64,000 nt of DNA from an uncultured Acidobacteriota bacterium (GTDB lineage: Bacteria > Acidobacteriota > Thermoanaerobaculia > UBA5066 > Gp7-AA6): the NCBI GenBank assembly GCA_963797495.1, contig CAWCPN010000002.1:1620096-1684095 (forward strand), written 5' to 3'. A program made the position numbers and the translations under genes. The notes below the pieces were generated by a model. It was not told the origin of the DNA and ran no database searches. It worked only from the letters and a program-made list of their open reading frames with translations. Positions 61,553 through 64,000 of the stretch are shown here, one piece after another. Numbering within the stretch: position 1 is the stretch's first letter; each line of letters starts with the position of its first letter.

Positions 61553-62194
61553 ATGACCCGCCCCCGGCGCCTCGCCGCCCTGCTCCTGACGCTCGCCACA
61601 CCCGCGACGGCGATCGAGTACAAGGTCGACCGCAGCCACTCGACGGTGGGCTTCACGGTGCCGATCATGGGTGGCCTTTCCGAGGTCACCGGAAAGTTCT
61701 CGGACTTCCAGGTCACGCTGACCGGATCGGAAGCCGACCCGGCCGGCGGCCACGTTCTCGCGATCATCCGGACGGGATCGATCGACACCGGGATCGAGAA
61801 GCGGGACGAGGACCTGCGTTCGGACGGCTTCTTCGACGCCACGCGATTCCCCGAGATCCGCTTCGAGAGCCGTTCGATCCGCAAGACGGGCGACGGTTGG
61901 GAAGCCGCCGGGCCGCTGACGATGCACGGCGTGACGCGGGACATCGTCCTGCCCTTCCGCTTCACGGGCCGATTCGCATCGTCTCCCGAGGACGATCGGC
62001 CGCTGATCGGCCTGAAGGCGACGATGAGCCTCGACCGGCGCGATTTCGGGATCCGCTGGGAGCACGACACGCTGGCGACCTTCGTCGGCGACGTGGTCCG
62101 CGTCGACATCACCCTTCTGGCGAGGCCCGCGCCGGCGCCGACTCCCGCCCCTACGGCGCGATCCGGAGCATCGCCCCCGCCGAATAGGCGTTGA
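61553..62194 (+). CDS. YceI-like family periplasmic protein
   Basis: Signal peptide, KVDRSHSTVGFTV, MHGVTRDIVLPF, LDRRDFGI. Confidence 0.7.
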   Translation: MTRPRRLAALLLTLATPATAIEYKVDRSHSTVGFTVPIMGGLSEVTGKFSDFQVTLTGSEADPAGGHVLAIIRTGSIDTGIEKRDEDLRSDGFFDATRFPEIRFESRSIRKTGDGWEAAGPLTMHGVTRDIVLPFRFTGRFASSPEDDRPLIGLKATMSLDRRDFGIRWEHDTLATFVGDVVRVDITLLARPAPAPTPAPTARSGASPPPNRR

Positions 62195-64000
62195 ACTCCG
62201 GCGCGTACATCGACTGCACGGTCGCGGGCGACACCTTGAAGGTGCCCGCCATGTTCGCGCGGATCCGGTGCTTGAACGTGTATTCGCCGACCGGCAGCGC
62301 CTCGAAGAAGAAGTCCGCGCCCGGAGTCGCGGGTCTCCTCGTACCAGGAGATTCCCAGGTCCCACTTGTAGCGGGACAGCACGTTCTCGGGCTCGGCGCC
62401 CGCGGGGCGCGGGTCGCGCAGGTGGACGTACTCCGCGGCATGTTTCGACCGGAGCGAGATCTGGACCTCGATCTCGTCGCCGGGCCGAACGACGGCGCCC
62501 TCGGAGAGCGGCTTCAGCACGAAACCCGACGGGGTCGATGCGCGCAGAAAGTACTTGCGCGAGACGGCGAAGAAGTCGCCCCGGTCCTCTTCCGGCAGCT
62601 TTTCGGTCGAGAAGTGCCAGGTCGCGGAGGCGAAGGCCAGGCCCTTCCCGGTTTTCCCGACCACGATCGCGGCGTCCCGGCGCGGGTCGATCTTCTCGCC
62701 CGGCACGACCACCTGGTTGCGCCGGCCCGTGTAGCGGTCCGGCTCGAAGACGAAGGTCGTCGTCTGGCTCGCGACCTCGACCGTGACGTCCTCGCGCGCC
62801 GCCAGCGCGCCTTCCTTCTTCAGGTACCAGACGAGCGCGTAGATCGCCTCGGCCGTCGCGCGGGTCGACTTCCACTGGTTCAGCTTCTTGTTGAGGAAGA
62901 GCCACTGGACGAGGCCGTGGCGACGCGGGTCGGACGGTTCGAGCTCGGCGAGCACCCGCAGCGCGAAAGCCTGAGTCTCGACCGTGTCGTTGTACCAGAG
63001 CCACGACCGGTCCTCGGGCGCGAAGTACGTGCCGAGGTCCGGGTCCGTCTTCGCCGCGTCCATCACCGAATCCCAGACGAGTCGTGGCGTCCCGCGGCCG
63101 CCCCATCCGCTCGAGCGTCAGGGCGAGCTGGCCCTTGAGCAGCGGCGAATGCGACTTCCAGTGTGCGAACGAATAGTCGAGAAGGGTCCGCCGGTAGGCG
63201 GCGTCGAAGGCCGGCGCGTACCAGGCCTCGTCCGGATACGACGAGAGAACGTAGTTCACGAACGTCGCGTACTCGCAGGTGCCCTTCGCGGCCATGCACG
63301 TGTCGATGTCGCGCCGGATGTCCGCACCCGCGTACCTCCACGCCGAGAGCGCGACGTCCTTCGGGACTTCGACGCCGAACTCGAGGGCGTGGGCAAAGCC
63401 GCTCAGGATGTAGAGCGTCATGTAGGGCGAGGGCGGACCGCCCGGCCACCACGGGAAACCGCCCGAGTCGGTCTGCGCCTGCCGCAGCTTGCCGAGGGCC
63501 GCGTCCCGGTCGGCCTTCGCGATTCGCGGGTCGAGAACGCGGGTGAGGTCGGCGCCGGGTTTGCCGCCCTTCGCCTCCTCGAGCCAGGGCGTCTCCTCGA
63601 GCTGCATCCGGCGGTTGGGGTCCGCCGCGTCCCAGGTCTCGAGCCGCGTGTCGCGCTTCGAGAGCTCCTGCGCCATGGCCGCGACGGCCGGGTAGTCGCG
63701 AAACACCGACGAGACGATGCCCGTCGAGAGAAACCGGTTCAGGGTCTGCTCGGTGCACTCGTAGGGGTAGTTCACGAGATACGGCAGCGCCGAGAGGACG
63801 GAATAGAAGAGCTGTCCGTCGACCGTGACGACGAGCTGCTCGTCGATGCGGGACGGGTCCCCTCCCTTCGCCATGTCGGCGAAACTCAGCGTGCGCCGGT
63901 CGCCGCCGCGCAGGGCCGCGAACCGGGACTGGGAGAGCTGCATCCGGCCGGGCAGCACCGGCACCGGGCGCCGCTCGCCGTCCGAGAGGTCGCCGGCCGT
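62151..64000 (-). CDS. Bacterial alpha-2-macroglobulin family protein, 3' portion (extends beyond window end), at least 2 frameshifts
   Basis: Thioester-type motif PYECTEQT. C-terminal MG/receptor-binding-like end ...EYTFKHRIRANMAGTFKVSPATVQSMYAPEFNAYSAGAMLRIAP*. Segments are in ORFs 61412-, 58558- and 62151-. Confidence 0.6.

Noticed and set aside
58558-62150. Most of the 1502-aa minus-strand ORF
   Set aside because: Only its 5' segment (about 62330..63066) belongs to the A2M gene. The rest is antisense to kinase 2 and YceI.

Overview
High-GC (about 70%) bacterial chromosomal window, gene-dense on both strands. Gene content suggests an Acidobacteriota- or Gemmatimonadota-like genome: GWxTD protein, CarbopepD_reg-type TonB-dependent receptor, Ser/Thr kinases fused to TolB-like propellers, fused 2-oxoacid dehydrogenase E1 alpha/beta, Vgb-type propellers. 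Recognisable housekeeping blocks are pyrK-pyrD-pyrF, nadA-nadC-nadB, dapA, pxpA-pxpBC plus an APC permease, a MacAB-type ABC efflux set, and several peptidases (M20, DPP4/S9, M1). The accessory part (about 0.6-15.4 kb) carries a small toxin-antitoxin island (RHH protein, VapBC) and two diverged paralogous cassettes of [ECF sigma factor - zf-HC2 anti-sigma - secreted PDZ/TPR/CHAT protease], each next to a Uma2 (DUF820) endonuclease gene. Both Uma2 genes share a conserved about 50-nt leader encoding an 8-codon upstream ORF whose stop overlaps the Uma2 start codon. The second TPR-CHAT copy is broken by many frameshifts. A degenerate fragment of an anti-sigma 3' end lies in the adjacent spacer. 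Frameshifts are scattered through many otherwise conserved genes across the window (CHAT, BNR/Ycf48-like, GDPD, pyrF, E1, DUF72, macA, A2M), so either the assembly has indel errors or there is real gene decay. No rRNA, tRNA, CRISPR array, transposase or integrase was recognised. Many long ORFs in the six-frame track are antisense or alternative-frame artefacts of the high GC content and were not called.
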